A stretch of DNA of 64,000 nt, taken from Octopus vulgaris (lineage: Eukaryota). The position numbers and the translations under genes are program-made. Within the stretch, counting starts at the first letter, position 1, and each line of letters starts with the position of its first letter. Below the pieces are notes generated by a model, which did no database searches, was not told the origin of the DNA, and worked only from the letters and a program-made list of their open reading frames with translations. The DNA is taken from NCBI GenBank assembly GCA_951406725.2, contig OX597815.1:119226001-119290000 (forward strand). The letters are read 5' to 3'. Positions 21,451 through 34,192 of the stretch are shown piece by piece.

Positions 21451-24379
21451 TTTACAATTATACTTCAAGGCAATGCTGAAGGAAATTTTAAATTAAATCC
21501 TTTACTCGTATATTGAGCTCAAAATCGTAAGGCATTAAAAGGCTACAATAAACAAACAGTTCTCATTATTATGCTTTGAGAGCTTAGCTGGCAAAAATGA
21601 GTAATACCTGTATTTCAAAGGACTAGCCTTGTCATGTTCTGCATCTTACTACATCTCCCTGAGAACTACATTAAGGGTACATATGTCTGTGAATTGCTTT
21701 ACTACTTGCACGTTATCTTTATGAGCGGGCTGCTCCATTGATCAGATCAACTGGAATCCTCCTCATCGTAACTTTTGGGCAATACCGCTGGGACATACAA
21801 ACTCACTATGACTTACCTGCTAGGGCATGTCATTGATAAGATCACTAATGGTGATGAAAGAACTTTGACCGACCTAACAGATCAATTGATTGGCTGAATG
21901 ATTAACCAAACAATCAATTAGTTAATCAGTTAAATGATTAACCAGTTGACAAATAAAAATAAAGAAGTGAAATACAAGCAATGTGTGTTTTAGTGACATA
22001 ACAATCCTCCCAAAATACAACAAAGTATGTTTCACCACACAAGTTCACATCTAGAATCTTTCAAAGCAAATAAAAAAAATGAAAGACAAAAACCAAAAAT
22101 AAATGATTTTCTTAGAAACAAATATAAATACATTGTTATAGCTTTATTTGGCCAAAGTGTCATTTCTTCTTTCAAGGCATATTTAAAACTTTCACAAATG
22201 CAGTTGAAGTTTACAACTTGAGAATGAGCTATTACACTTCAGGAAAATTTGGAAGAATTTCACTATTAAGCACACAATTGAAACCATTCATTATTCATTG
22301 AAATCAATCACTATTCATTAGAATAAGTAACAAGTAGTTGTAAGAGGAGTATTTTGGGGGGTAGGAAACTTTTGCTTCAAAGTACTGAGTTTTTATGTTT
22401 TGAGATTCCTGCAAATGATGTAAATAAAGAGGTAACTGTTATTGGAATTTACTTAAGATTTTGATAGAGCAAATATTTGCAAGTTATTAGAGTCACATTT
22501 TAAAGACTTAGTGATGATGAACTCATGGAAAGAGAATGATAAAGAGGTATTTTACTGGGGGCTTCAAACCTTTTTTTGAATAATTAAATGTATTTGTGGA
22601 CTGTTGATCAATTAACAACTTTTGAATAGTCTTTTGTGTCGTATTTTGTCTACTTTTGCATATACAAGCTTTACCTGGGATGAAAATGGAGGGGTAATCA
22701 TGATCACCATCATCATCATCATCTAACATCCTTTTTCCATGCTGGCAAGAGCTGGCAAGCTAAAGAGCCACACCTCACTCCATTTGTTGATTTGGGCATG
22801 GTTTCTGTCGCTGGATGCCATTCCTAATGCCAACCTCTTTACAGAGTGTACTGGGTGCTTTTTACGTGGCACCAGTTGGGTTGCCAAGTAATCTGCAAGA
22901 CAAAGACCTCTCAGCTGAGGGTGAGAGTGAAACCAAAGGAAATGACTGTAAGCCAGGTGAGAGATATTTGTATATCTCTTCTCACCTTACCATTTATAAA
23001 ATTCACAGCCGATGAATAACCAATCGCACATAACACCCTCAATTACTCTACTTCCTTTAACCTTTTGTATGTCTATATATGAGAGACTGTTTTGGTCTGT
23101 CCTCATCATTCTACCTAAACCCATCTTCCCTCTTCCATCCACTTCCATCCACTCATCTTATCCCCTGTAATGATCACTCACTCACTGCCATCTGTCACTG
23201 TCTCTTCCCCAACAGTTTCTCCCACACCTCAATATCTTCTCATCTCTCTCCCTCTCGACTCTTCCTCTCCCATGACCTACACACTTCTCTCTCTTTTAAT
23301 GACTCCCTTTACATCCTTGCTGGACCCCCCTCTTCATGCCCATCCTCATTACCCTTACCACTCTGTGCTTCCCTTTCTCACTAACCATAGAGACTAAACC
23401 TTTCCCTTTTTCCTTCCCTTCAATACTCTCCTCTCCAATAGTGATTACCCTGTAATTCTCTCCTCAACAACACTCTCACAACTATAAATCTGTTTGTCTC
23501 ATCATAGTTAACCCTTACCTAAAATCTCTCTCTCTCTCCCCTGTTTCTGTTATAGATGTCCTTTAGGCTCTTTACCTTTACAAGTTGCAAAGCAACCTCT
23601 CTGTTTCTGGTGTCGCAAAAGAAGCATTCAGTAGGCTTTTCAAAGTGGTTGTATTGGGAAGGGCATCCAGCTGTAGAAACTATGCCGAAAGAGATATTAG
23701 AGCATTACATAATCTTTTATCTTTTACTTGTTTCAATTATTAGACTGTGGCCATGCTGGAGCACTACTTTGAAGGGCTCAGTCTAACATATCAACTCTCG
23801 TACTTATTATTTTCAAGTCTTGCACTTATTCTATCTGTCATTTTTGCCAAACTGCTAAGTTACAAATACTTAAACCAATTGTCAAGCAGTTGTGGAGGAA
23901 AAGTACAAACTCAGGCACACAAGCATATATACATACATACATACATACATACATACGTATCTATAATACATTAAAAGTCAGTTTGAATCTTGCTTGCTTG
24001 CAATGTTACCCAGCCAAACTGGTGCATAATGGATAAATACTATGGATTAAGTTTACTCTGAAATGTTAATACGAATGGAATGAAACAAGTTTCATGTAAA
24101 TCGGAGCAGTAGTTATGGAGATATTTGGGGTTTGGGGGTATAAATACTCAAGACGATGTATAATGGGAAAATGTTCCAAATATAACTTCATCCTGAAAGG
24201 GAAGAAACTCTAACCTTTCGATTATACAGTGATTTCACAATGAAAATATATGATTTGTTTTTTTTACATTAAATGTTTCTATTATAACTTTTGTTAAACA
24301 CAATATTTTAATCATTTAGAAATATTTTTAAGTGAATGTGATTTCAAAATTGTGAGTTGTTTGTACAGTAGGTATTTAT

Positions 24380-24885
24380 ATTTTACGTTTATATATTTGT
24401 TTTGCAAGATTCTTGATGTGAAATCATGTGTTGAAACAGATATTGTTGTATTTAGGGATGGTCATGTTGCCAGTTTAGCCAATAAAAACACACGCTACCC
24501 TATATTTTACATTTATGTTTTTAGCAAATTTTAGAAGATTAGTTCGACATTTATTCATTTACTGCCGACTGAAACAGCGCTTGTGCTGTGAATTTGAAAA
24601 ATTATAATGTATAAAGATGAGACACGTATTATTTGTCTCTTAATTGTATATTAGTGTTATGGCATGGTCACTGATGAGAATTTCAGCTAGCAAATTATTT
24701 TATTTGCTAAAAAAATTTGAAACCTAGGTTTGAACGGGATAAAATAACAAGGTAAAAGTTTTTATTTTTCATTCCCTTTAAAAATTGATTTTAAATGTGG
24801 TTTTGTTCGTTTTGACTACTTCTTCTAGCGTGTAAAACTGCCTGTCAAAGGCAGTTTCTCTTGTGTTTAAATGTACACTATTTTA
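24380..24885. mobile_element. PLE terminal-repeat remnants in inverted arrangement
   Basis: 24380-24495 is a diverged reverse complement of 28620-28730; followed by a + strand hammerhead and ending at (TA)n. Confidence 0.6.
24666..24735 (+). ncRNA. Type I hammerhead ribozyme motif with long stem II and palindromic stem III
   Basis: GGTCA-CTGATGA-GAATTT..TAGCAAAT[TATTTT]ATTTGCTA..AAATTT-GAAA-CCTAGG-TT-TGA; AAACCTAGGTTT is a 12-nt palindrome. Confidence 0.7.
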
Positions 24886-24894
24886 TATATATAG

Positions 24895-24940
<46 letters not shown>

Positions 24941-26169
24941 CAGAGCAGCTGACTGGCTTCTGTGCCGGTGGCATATAAAAAGCACCATTCAAGTGTGATC
25001 GTTACCAGCATCGGCTTACTGGCACTTGTGCCGGTGTCATGTGAAAAAGTATTCAAGTGAGGTCGTTGCCAGTGCCACTCGACTGGCTCTTGTGCAGGTG
25101 GCACATAAAAAACACCATTTGAGCGTGGTGGTTGCCAGTACTGCCTAACTGGCCCCGTGCCGGTGGCACGTAAAAGCACCCATTACACTCTCTGAGTGGT
25201 TGGCATTAGGAAGGGCATCCAGCTGTAGAAACTCCTGGTGCAGCCATCTGGCTCACCAGTCCCCGGTCAAATCGTCCAACCCATGCCTGCATGGAAAGTG
25301 GATGTTAAACGATGATGATGCACTACAGACTTCTTTTAGTTTCCATCTACCAAATTTACCCACAAGGCTATGGTCAGCTCTTGGCTATAGAAGAAAAGAT
25401 TTGCTCAAGGTACCATACAGTAGAACTAAACACAGAACTGTATGGTTGGGAAGCAAATTTCTTACCACACAGCCATGCCTGTGTCTGTATAAAATCAAAT
25501 TAGACTGCAAGGCTGGGATACAGTTATATTATATTGTTATATTTCGGAATGGTCATTTTGCCAGTTTAGCCAATAAAATCACATGCACTATATATTTGGT
25601 GTTACTTTGCTTCAGTGTTATTTATTTTTTACATTAATCTTAATCTTATTTCGGCCAGAGTTCTTTCGTCACACTCCTGTGACCGCATCAGTGGTCCTTT
25701 GTTTTCTTCTTTCTTATTTGTGTCTCCCCTTACTAACCGTCAGCCATTTTGTATTTTTATTGTATGTCTTCATTTGTGCATGCTTATATCTCTATGTGCG
25801 TCTATGTTTATTTAGTGATGGGAACAGTAACGACAGAAATAGTAACGATAATGAAGATAACCCTAGAAAGGCCATTAATATTTATACCCACCCCTTTGAC
25901 ACTCAATTCTTCAACGTATGACAGAGACATAATAAGACAGAGGCCCAACAACTCGGGATTAAACCTGCATGTGGCCTACATAAGCTTATTCAGCACACGA
26001 GGAACAGAGAAGTGGTATGCCTTCCCAAAAATAAGTCCGGCAGGATGTCAATAGACAGCTTACCGAACTACATCCAGGCAATACAACTGCATATCGCCAA
26101 AAAAAACAAAACAAAAAAAAAACAACTTTACAGGCGCATGAGGAGAGAGAAAAGGTCCTCAACGCCCAC

Positions 26170-28140
26170 ATGATGATGTGGACAATTGTTCTGGGACCCC
26201 AGAAACGTACAGTAAATAATTTCCAAGCCTGGAACAATGATATCCCGGCACTGTATGGACTTCGCAAGGACCATAAAGTAACCACTGACCCTATAGCAGG
26301 ACCACCAACAAGACCAGTCTGTGGAGCGAATATCGCTAGCAATTACAGAATCTCCTACTTCCTCTCAATGATCATACGCCCTATAATCCAGATGTCACCT
26401 GATGTTTGTGACAGCACAGAAGATCTCCTCAGCAGGATCAATGACTGTAACAATACTTGTGACCTGACAGGATGTATGGTGGGTAGCATGGATGTGGTAT
26501 CCCTATACCCATCGATCAACGTAGATTTTGCGGTGGAGAAGTGTGTGGAGATGATCAATGAGAGCCAGATGGAGTTCCGTAATGTCAACACAGAGGAACT
26601 GGGCCTCCTACTCAGACTGACATGTAACAATGAATACCTAGATAAACATAATCTTAGTAGTTTCTGCCCCAGTAGATGTTTAAGAGGTAGACCGCCCACA
26701 ATTACTTCTATGGCTAGGAAGACCCATATAGAAAGATGGCGCAGATGGACCAGAGCCATACGGAGCCCTGCAAATGTCCATCAGGTAAAGAAAATGATCG
26801 CACATGCACTAGGAGATAGTATAAGAGTTACCCTAAAAGGCCACACGTTTAAGTTTAACAATAAAATATATGCTCAGGACGAGGGGGCAGCCATCAGCGT
26901 TAGTATCGCTGGTGATGTGGCCAACCTTTTCATGGTATGGTGGGACAGAAGGCTTAAAGAATGCCTAACACAGAACTCCATACTCGTAAACATGTACTCT
27001 CGCTATGTTGATGATTTCAACATAGTGGTAAAGGCACCCCCACAAGAGAGTACTGTTGATATAGTAATAGAAACTAATACTATGGAGAGCATCCAGCAAA
27101 TAGCTAACTCCATCCACCAGAGTATTAAGGTCACAATAGACTACCCCACTAAATACCCCAACCATAGACTACCAGTACTAGACACTGAACTCTAGCTAGA
27201 AATTGTGAATAATAAAACCTAAATCCTTCATTCATACTAAGCCAAACCTATGGCCTCAAAATACTTGATCCACCGGAACTCAGCCATTGCGGACAATGCC
27301 AAATTCAATATTTTGATGGCAGACCTCGTCAGAATAATGAGAAATGTGTCACGCATGTGCGAGCCTACATAGTTAAAGAGACACATACAATATTTCATTT
27401 ACCGCATGCAGTTCTCAGGTTACAGCCATAAAGAAAGGATCAGCGTATACAAAGGAGCCATGAAGAAATTTGATAATATATTATGTAATGATAGGAATGG
27501 GATTTGCCCACTCTATAGGAACAAGTCATGGAACACTATAGAAAGGACAAAAAAGAAAATAGGGAAGGCCAACTCTTGGTATGATAGCCATAGATACCAG
27601 AGTGTCATGTTCGTTGACACCACCCCTGGAGGTGAACTGACGTACCGCTTTAGAAGGACCCTAGACAAACTTAAGCTAAGGATTAAGGTTGTTGAAAAGC
27701 CAGGCAACCCTATCAAATCTATAATTGGTAGAACCTATCCTTCTAGTAGAACCCCCTGTACTGATAAGTACTGTACTGTATGTAGATTTAGCCCACAAAC
27801 AAACTGTAAAGCCAGAAATGTAGTCTATAGTATAAGATGTATAGAGGGACGATGCAGTAACAAGACAGCGACATACGTAGGGGAAACGGCAAGAAGCATA
27901 GGAGAGCGGGTAAATGAACATTGGAAACAACTCAAAGAAGGAAAAAGCTCATCGATTCTGTAGCAACACGTCGAACAGGAACACGGGGGATCAATCAACA
28001 ACATAGAAATTAAAATATTGTCCACACATAGAACAGATGCAACAATCAGACAAATTACAGAAGCTACACACATAATAGAAAATAAACCTAGCCTGAATAG
28101 AAAACTAGAATGGAACAATAGTACACACCACAACATATGA
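26170..28140 (+). pseudogene. PLE polyprotein (reverse transcriptase plus GIY-YIG endonuclease), disrupted
   Basis: ORF 26170-27195: LYGLRKDHK, RPVC, MDVVSLYPSI, GAAISVSIAGDVANLFM, RYVDD, LPVLD. ORF 27406-27963: C....C..C linker, NVVYSIRC...YVGETARSIGERVNEH. Ends LNRKLEW; several TAG/TAA stops. Confidence 0.92.
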
Positions 28141-28513
28141 TGGTAGAGGATCCCGAAAACATAATAAATACACAGATAAATAAACAAATAGAAATAAATA
28201 ACTATTTTTTAAAATTTATTATTATTATTACTAGTATTGTTGTTATACATACATACAAGCATATGTAATGATAATAATAAAGGGATGTAAACACATGAAC
28301 AAAATAAGAATAAACAAAAACAACAACAAAAACAAATTACATGAACGTATATAAACAGAAGATACAAATATTACAGGCATCCCCCCACACACACACTAAA
28401 TAAACATAGACGCACATAGAGATATAAGCATGCGCAAATGAAGACATACAATAGAAATACAAAATGGCTGACGGTTAGTAAGGAGAGACACAAATAAGAA
28501 AGAAGAAAACAAA

Positions 28514-28558
28514 GGACCACTGATGCGGTCACAGGAGTGTGACGAAAGAACTCTGGCC
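28514..28558 (+). ncRNA. Hammerhead-like motif in the PLE terminal repeat (variant core CUGAUGC); inverted copy at ~25653-25697
   Basis: GGACCA-CTGATGC-G-GTCAC[AGGAGT]GTGAC-GAAA-GAAC-TC-TGGCC. Confidence 0.6.
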
Positions 28559-30029
28559 GAAATAAGATTAAGATTAATGTAAAAAATAAATAACACTGAA
28601 GCAAATTAACACCAAATATATAGTGCGTGTGATTTTATTGGCTAAACTGGCAAAATGACCATTCCGAAATATAACAATATCTGTTTCAACACACGACTTC
28701 ACATAAAAAATCTTGCACAACAAATATATAAAAGTTATATTATAGTTATATTAAAAGAAACACTCAAACCTTAGGTATAGTGATATAAAAAAAGAAAATC
28801 ATTCTATTTTTAGCAGAGTCTCACTTTTACTTTATTTTAACAAGGTAAACTTTGACAGTGATTTCAGCACAATTGCTTATAACTAGGCTGACAAAGTCAG
28901 CTGAGCTCAAACTTTGAAGTCCCTGTCAAATTTTTCCTTGTTAAGATAATTATAATTATATATTAGCTTGTTTATGTATGTCTATGCATTTTGGTGGGTA
29001 TGACAAAACTGGTGTGCCAAATAAAACTAAAACCCTTCAAGGTGTTGCTCCAGCATGGCTAGAGTCCAGTGATTGAAACTAGTTAAAACAAAGCATGATG
29101 TATGTCCCTTTAAGCTTGTTTGACTGTCTTGATCAAAAAATACGTACAAGACAAAGTACTAGTTTCATCATAAATGACAAAGTTTTCAGCATGGCTAATA
29201 TATATTTCCCTAACATTTTTCTTGAGACCTCTGGAAGTATGCTGTGACTGAGAAGACCCGGCAAATAAAGTGAGTCCACAGCTGTAACCTACACCAGTGT
29301 TGCATAACCAGCCCACTCAAAAGTATCTTGGATCATAGTGCAACATGCCGAATTTGAGGAGACCTACTGAGTCAAGTACATCAACATCAAATCAAATGGA
29401 AATTGTAGTTGTGTGCCCCATGCTGGTTGCATGTAAAAAGCACCATCTGAACATGGCCAATGCCAGTGCCCACTTTGACTGGCTTCCGGTGGCACATAAA
29501 AAACATCATCCAATCATGGTTGATGCCAGCTATTCTGGCCCCTGTGCTGGTGGCACATAAAAAGCACACACTACATTCACGGAGTGGTTGGCTTTAGGAA
29601 GGGCATCCAGCTGTAGAAACACTACCAGATCAGATTGGGGCCTGGTGCAGCCTCCTGATTTCCCAGACCCCTGTCGAACCGTCCAACCCATGCCAGCAAG
29701 GAAAACAGACGTTAAACGATGATGATGATGATGAAAAGAACAAGATCTATATAAGTACTTCATTAGCTTAAAGCTGTTTCTGCTATAAGAAGCAGTGCAT
29801 TCAGAGCTGAGTGGCTGTGTAAGCTAATGAAGGTAACTCCTGTTCTTTGCCATTCATTAACTGATATTACACTCTGTACTCACCTAGTGCAGCACTCTAA
29901 ATCATATGTATATTGAGTTCTAACTAATAAATAGTATCACTATGTCTAAGCAAAATCATAATGGATATAAACATGCACACACATGGAAATATATACATAT
30001 ATTTATATGCAAATTTGTTTCTATACATG

Positions 30030-30061
<32 letters not shown>

Positions 30062-30169
30062 ACTTTTGCATGTAATTTGTGAAATACTCTAAGTTCAAAA
30101 TGTATGCCTTGTGTTCTTTAAAACGTTACCTTTAACAGAATCTTATCTAAAAATTGTAAATTTTGAGCC

Positions 30170-30960
30170 ACCTCCATTGTCTGTTCAAGTAAGAACATAT
30201 CCAGGTGTGATTGATGTGTCAGGTATTGTTTTGTAGACATTTCCTTCCTCTACAGTTTGAAGGTGTTGATAGCTTCTCTGTTTTTTGTTCTCCTTTTTCT
30301 ATTTGATGTTTTGGGGAAGGACATTGAATAAAACAGGACCATTTAAGGTGTAAAATATATAGTGTAAAGCATGTGTGAATGTGACTTGCCTGGAGAAGGG
30401 TAGCTCTTGAACTGTACGCTAACATCATTTGGATAATATTGATGGAATATTTTCTCTTTTCTGAAAACAATGTTGAAATTATGGCGTCGTTGAATCTACA
30501 TGCTTTGAGGCAATCCAAGTTATCGACATTTGCCATGTTATGTATTATATTGTGTTAATCATTCTCTATAGTACTTTGATACTTAGAATTTTTGTTTTAG
30601 GGAGAACACAGGTAACAGCAGCAGCAATAGTGTAGATGTGACTGTGAAAAAAAAAAATAAAGTGGAGAATAGTATAGTGACGATAACATATGGGTTTCTG
30701 AATAGAAAGTTCTTAAAGCCCTAGAGCTCAACTTCTACTTTAATGCTAATGTCCTTTTAGCTAAATTAATTGTCAACAACAACACCTTAATCCCTAATGG
30801 TATTTGTTGTTGAGAAGTGGTTTCTTTAGAGAAAGAACTTATTTGTTCTTTATTTTGCTTTGGAAGAAAAAAAAATAATGAATTAAAGTATATCTTGGTA
30901 TCTTGGTTCAGTATCATGTGAGTCTTGACTATGATAAACTAGTGTTGGGCTGCTGTACCA
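30170..30960 (-). mobile_element. Possible Academ-type (XPG/Cys-rich) DNA transposon C-terminal remnant
   Basis: CRF......, YSSRATLLQASHI, CPSP, NCRGRKCLQNN resemble the H..RA.LQA..W/P.P/Cys-rich C-terminus; very degraded. Confidence 0.33.
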
Positions 30961-30993
30961 CTGCAATCTAACAGTATTCTCCCTCTCTCTGTC

Positions 30994-31053
<60 letters not shown>

Positions 31054-32300
31054 ACCATCATCATCATCATTATTATTATTATTATTATTTTAAAATCCCA
31101 CTTTTCCATGCTTGCATAGGTCAGGTAGAATTCTTTGGGGCAGATTTTCGGTCACTGGATGCCTTTCCTATCAGCAACCTCTTCCTCAGTTTCCAAGCAA
31201 GGTAATATTTCCCCAAGGCCAATCAGACATAATTTTGCAGGATATAGGAAACGAATTACACTGCTGTGTGTGATGATGATGATGATGTTCATTTACAACT
31301 GTTGCTTGATGGCAGGATGAAGCACGTGCACATACACACACAAGCATACTTAAAGTGATCATCTTTCAGTTTGTCAGCTAAATCCACTCACAAGGCTTTG
31401 GTGAGCCCAGTGCTATAGAAGATACTTGCTGATGCTGTGGGACTAAACCTGAAACTATATTGTGTTTGAGAAGTAAACATAGTTATGCATGCACATTATA
31501 CTGTTATATATAAAAATGATAACAATGACTATTATATACAGATATATGTGTGTAAATTTATTTCATTGAAAACATAGTTATTCACTGTGGTGTCACTATT
31601 TGCAGTTCAACTACAATTAATGATGCTACCATTTCAGGTTTAGCTGCAATTGGTGATTTTTGTTGACATTACATATATGTATATATATGTGTGTGTGTGT
31701 ATGTGTGTATCACTGTCATCGTATTTGCTCATGTATATATTCATCTGTATATGTATATGCACACTGTCGTTAACCTTGATTTCGGATGGGATTGTATGAA
31801 GAAATATATATGCTATAATAAATATATATGTATATATAGTGATGTTCCTGGCTTGAATATGTGTTGGTTTTGACCAGGAATAACTTGATACCTGAATCTG
31901 TCTTCAAAGACTTGACAAATAAAGTGAGTTCACTGCATATCCTACACCAGCTTCACATAACCAGCCCCAGCCCATTCAAAGTATCTTGGATCGTAGGATG
32001 ACCTGCTGTGCCTACTTTGGATCGTAGGGTAACCTGCTGTGCTTGAGCAAACCTATTGAGTCAAGTACATCAACATCAAAATAAAAATCAAATGGAAATT
32101 GTAGTTGTGATACCCGTGCCGGTGGCACGTAAAAAGCACCCACTACACTCACGGAATGGTTGACATTAGGAAGGGCATCCAGCTGTAGAAACCCTTCCAG
32201 ATCAGGCTGGAGCCTGGTGCAGCCTACTGGCTTCCCAGACCCTAGTTGAACCGTCCAACCCATGCTAGCATGGAAAACAGACGTTAAACAATGAGGATGA

Positions 32301-32370
<70 letters not shown>

Positions 32371-32598
32371 CAGAGTTGGCCAAAAGTCACCTGACAGTAC
32401 ATCAAAAAACCATTTAATTCCAAATTTTATTTATGTTTAACAACTGAATGAATTTAATAAAAGCATTTAAATATGAAACATCATGAAAATTGTTCAAACT
32501 GAAGTCCTTGAGTGACACATTTTTCCGTTCGAGTCAATACAGAATTACAGAGAGTATTTATGGAATTTTAATTTACTGTCAGGTGACTTTTGGCCAAC
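32371..32598. mobile_element. Tc1/mariner-type MITE
   Basis: TIRs (CAGA)GTTGGCCAAAAGTCACCTGACAGTA and TACTGTCAGGTGACTTTTGGCCAAC; inserted after TA; right end clipped by a SINE. Confidence 0.85.
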
Positions 32599-34151
32599 AA
32601 GTCATGGCTGATGCCAGTGCTGGTGGTACGTAAAAAGCACCGTTCAAGCATCGGGCCTCATAGAGAGAGTGACAGGTGACCAGTACCCTTGGCGGTATAC
32701 CGTGCTTATACCAAGTGAGACCGTAATGATGGCTGATGCTGGTGTCAGGTCTGTGGCACATAAAAAAATACCCACTACACTCTTGGAGTGGTTGGCATTA
32801 GGAAGGGCATCCAGCTGTAGAAACACTGCCAGATCAGATTGGAACCTGGTGTAGTCCTGCCAGCTTACCAGTTTTCAGACAAACCATCCAACCCATGCCA
32901 GCATGGAAAGCCGGCGTTAAACAATGATGATGAATACATATAAATTACATGATCTGTATCAAAAATTATTTTGAAATGAATTACCTCAGCTTTGTAAAAT
33001 ATCAATACTTTTGTTCAATAATACTGTAATATATTTATTTGCCCTTTTGTCAATCTCTCTCTCTCTCTCCTTTTCCTTGTTTATAGTCTCACACTTATTG
33101 TATGTATTCTTCCCTGTTATATCTTTGACCATGATTGTTCATTTATATTTCCTAACTAGAATATACTTATCAATCATAGAAGCACTAATGTTCAGAATCC
33201 GAGAGTCTTAACTCAGAGTCTTTGCCAATTAACCATGCTCTCTACAGACATATGTGCATGTCTACATTATGTGAGTGTTTATGGCTAATGCTTCAATTAA
33301 TTGTACACCAAACTCTTAAGTTTGGCAGTCCAAAATAAATTCTGTATTAAAACCAACTTAATAGTTTATACATTTAGAATTAATGAAGTACCAATCCTGC
33401 TTCTGTCTGGCTTGAGGCTTTTAACATATCTGTTTTCACACACCTGAAGTCTTGGCAGCCTGATCATCTTTCATCTTTTTAATTGCTTGTTATGTCAGTA
33501 CTACATGATTCTCTGTGGTTGGCTTTCCAATTTGGTTGCTTTCATTTTCTCTTTCCATTCATATTCGTTCTTTAGTAATTTTCAAGCATTGATTACTTAT
33601 TGGCCAAATAGTAACCAAGTGCAAAAGTGGTCTACATTGAGGTGCACAGAATTTTCCCTAATTACATTGTTGAAATATCTCCTATAATTTTCGTCTCTCT
33701 ATCATATACATTTAACAACTGTTCATTTAACAACACAAATACTCTATTTCTCTATGTATCACTAAGCATCATCATCAGCATCATAATATTCTCTTTTCCA
33801 TGCTTGCATGGGTCAGATGGTTTTCATTGAGACAGATTTTCTATTACCAGATGCCCTTCCTATCACCAACCTTCACCTGTTTTTAAGCTAGGTAATATTT
33901 TCCTAAGACCAGGTATCTTTTCAAGGAAGATTAAAAATGAACGACACTGCTTGTATGACAGTTAAACTCATTTAGAACCATCACATGAAGTCAAGACAAG
34001 GAGACACATACACACACATGACAAGCTTCTTTCAGTTTCCATCTACCAGATTCACTTGCAAGGCTTTAGTCAACCCAAGGCTGAAGTAGAAGACACTTAC
34101 CCTAGTTGCCATCAGTTATAAGACACTTGATTAAAATTTTTTGCATCTAAA

Positions 34152-34192
34152 ATTTTAGTCTATTAAATTCACTGAATTTAATAGACTAAAAT
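34152..34192. repeat. Perfect 41-bp palindrome
   Basis: ATTTTAGTCTATTAAATTCA-C-TGAATTTAATAGACTAAAAT. Confidence 0.95.

Larger units (their letters stand above)
25531..28735 (+). mobile_element. Penelope-like retroelement with inverted 5' copy of its terminal repeat
   Basis: 25531-25818 is a near-identical reverse complement of 28393-28680; RT and GIY-YIG lie between; candidate TSD AGTTATATTATA at 25522-25533 and 28733-28744. Confidence 0.92.

Noticed and set aside
26170-28140. Selenocysteine read-through as in Naiad PLEs
   Set aside because: The internal stops are TAG/TAA rather than TGA, and the domain order is RT then endonuclease.
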